Source of the DNA: Tannockella kyphosi
GTDB lineage: Bacteria; Bacillota_I; Bacilli_A; Erysipelotrichales; Coprobacillaceae
Direction of reading: 5' to 3'
DNA: 32,000 nt
Assembly (NCBI RefSeq): GCF_021054785.1
Contig: NZ_CP088239.1
Location: 2,070,001 to 2,102,000, forward strand
Part shown: positions 31,477 to 32,000 of the stretch, piece after piece
How positions within the stretch are numbered: the first letter of the stretch is position 1
Layout: each line of letters begins with the position of its first letter
Notes under the pieces: model-generated
Told to the model about the DNA's origin: nothing
Databases searched by the model: none
The model's input: only the letters and a program-made list of their open reading frames with translations
Program-made: the position numbers and the translations under genes

Positions 31477-32000
31477 ATGAAAAAGACTACATTGTTAACA
31501 GGAGCAACCGATGGAATTGGTTTAGAAGCTGCTAAAATGTTTGTACAAGATGGACATATCTTGTTATTACATGGTAGAAATAAAGAGAAATTAGAAAAAA
31601 CAAAAGAAACATTATTATCAATAAATAAAGAGGCACAAATATATTTATATCAAGCATATTTTTCATCTTTATCACAAGTAAAAAAGATGATAGAAGAAAT
31701 AAAAGAGAATCATACTACTATTGATGTGCTTATTAATAATGCTGGTATCTTTGTTGTAAAACCAGAAGATAGTTTTACACAAGATGGTTTAGATATCCGT
31801 TTTAGTGTGAATACAGTAGCACCATATTTAATAACTAGCGGGTTACTTTGTTTATTATGGGATGATAGTAGAGTCGTAAATTTATCTTCAGCCGCACAAG
31901 CTCCTCTAAATTATCAAGCACTGACGAACCCAAATGAGATTAGTGATAGTGAAGCATATGCTCAAAGTAAACTTGCAATTACTATGATGACAATGGCAAT
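31477..32000 (+). CDS. Short-chain dehydrogenase/reductase (SDR), 3'-truncated by the window edge
   Basis: Not in the ORF track because there is no stop in the window. My own translation gives MKKTTLLTGATDGIGLEAAK...NNAGI...SSAA...YAQSKLA (TGxxxGIG, NNAG, YxxxK). GGAG RBS 6 nt upstream. Confidence 0.8.
   Translation, partial: MKKTTLLTGATDGIGLEAAKMFVQDGHILLLHGRNKEKLEKTKETLLSINKEAQIYLYQAYFSSLSQVKKMIEEIKENHTTIDVLINNAGIFVVKPEDSFTQDGLDIRFSVNTVAPYLITSGLLCLLWDDSRVVNLSSAAQAPLNYQALTNPNEISDSEAYAQSKLAITMMTMA

Noticed and set aside
1-32000. oriC / DnaA-box cluster, given the origin-proximal-type genes (mnmG, rsmG, noc, parAB)
   Set aside because: There are only isolated partial matches to TTATCCACA (e.g. 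~10668 and ~22717, 7/9 each), no cluster, and no dnaA, dnaN or rpmH in the window.

Overview
AT-rich (about one-third G+C by eye), densely coding chromosomal segment of a low-GC Bacillota-type bacterium; species cannot be assigned from the sequence alone. The backbone is housekeeping: glmU(partial)-prs, a tatD/yabE-like pair, mnmG-rsmG-noc-like, parA-parB, and the anaerobic RNR nrdD-nrdG with a dUTPase. Non-backbone content: (i) a complete IS6-like insertion sequence (2176-4091) with an 8-bp target duplication, inserted between a promoter and the RBS of an LtaS-family gene. (ii) An ~11-kb block separating noc from parAB. It carries a structured leader resembling a GEMM-I (c-di-GMP-I) riboswitch plus intrinsic terminator, then a 1622-aa secreted protein with two GH18 catalytic domains, five Ig-like repeats and three CBM5/12 modules. 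It also carries a two-gene COG0523/G3E metallochaperone-like operon behind a perfect 16-bp palindrome, and the minus-strand nrdDG-dut module. (iii) Downstream of parB, a GH73 glucosaminidase ending in a two-segment dockerin, translationally adjacent to a C-terminally membrane-anchored protein with a cohesin-like N-terminal module. (iv) An HxlR-type regulator followed by a tightly packed nitroreductase / radical-SAM / SDR operon. No rRNA, tRNA, CRISPR array, integrase or recognisable defence system was seen. All domain calls come from motif recognition by eye. None has been confirmed by HMM or covariance-model searches.
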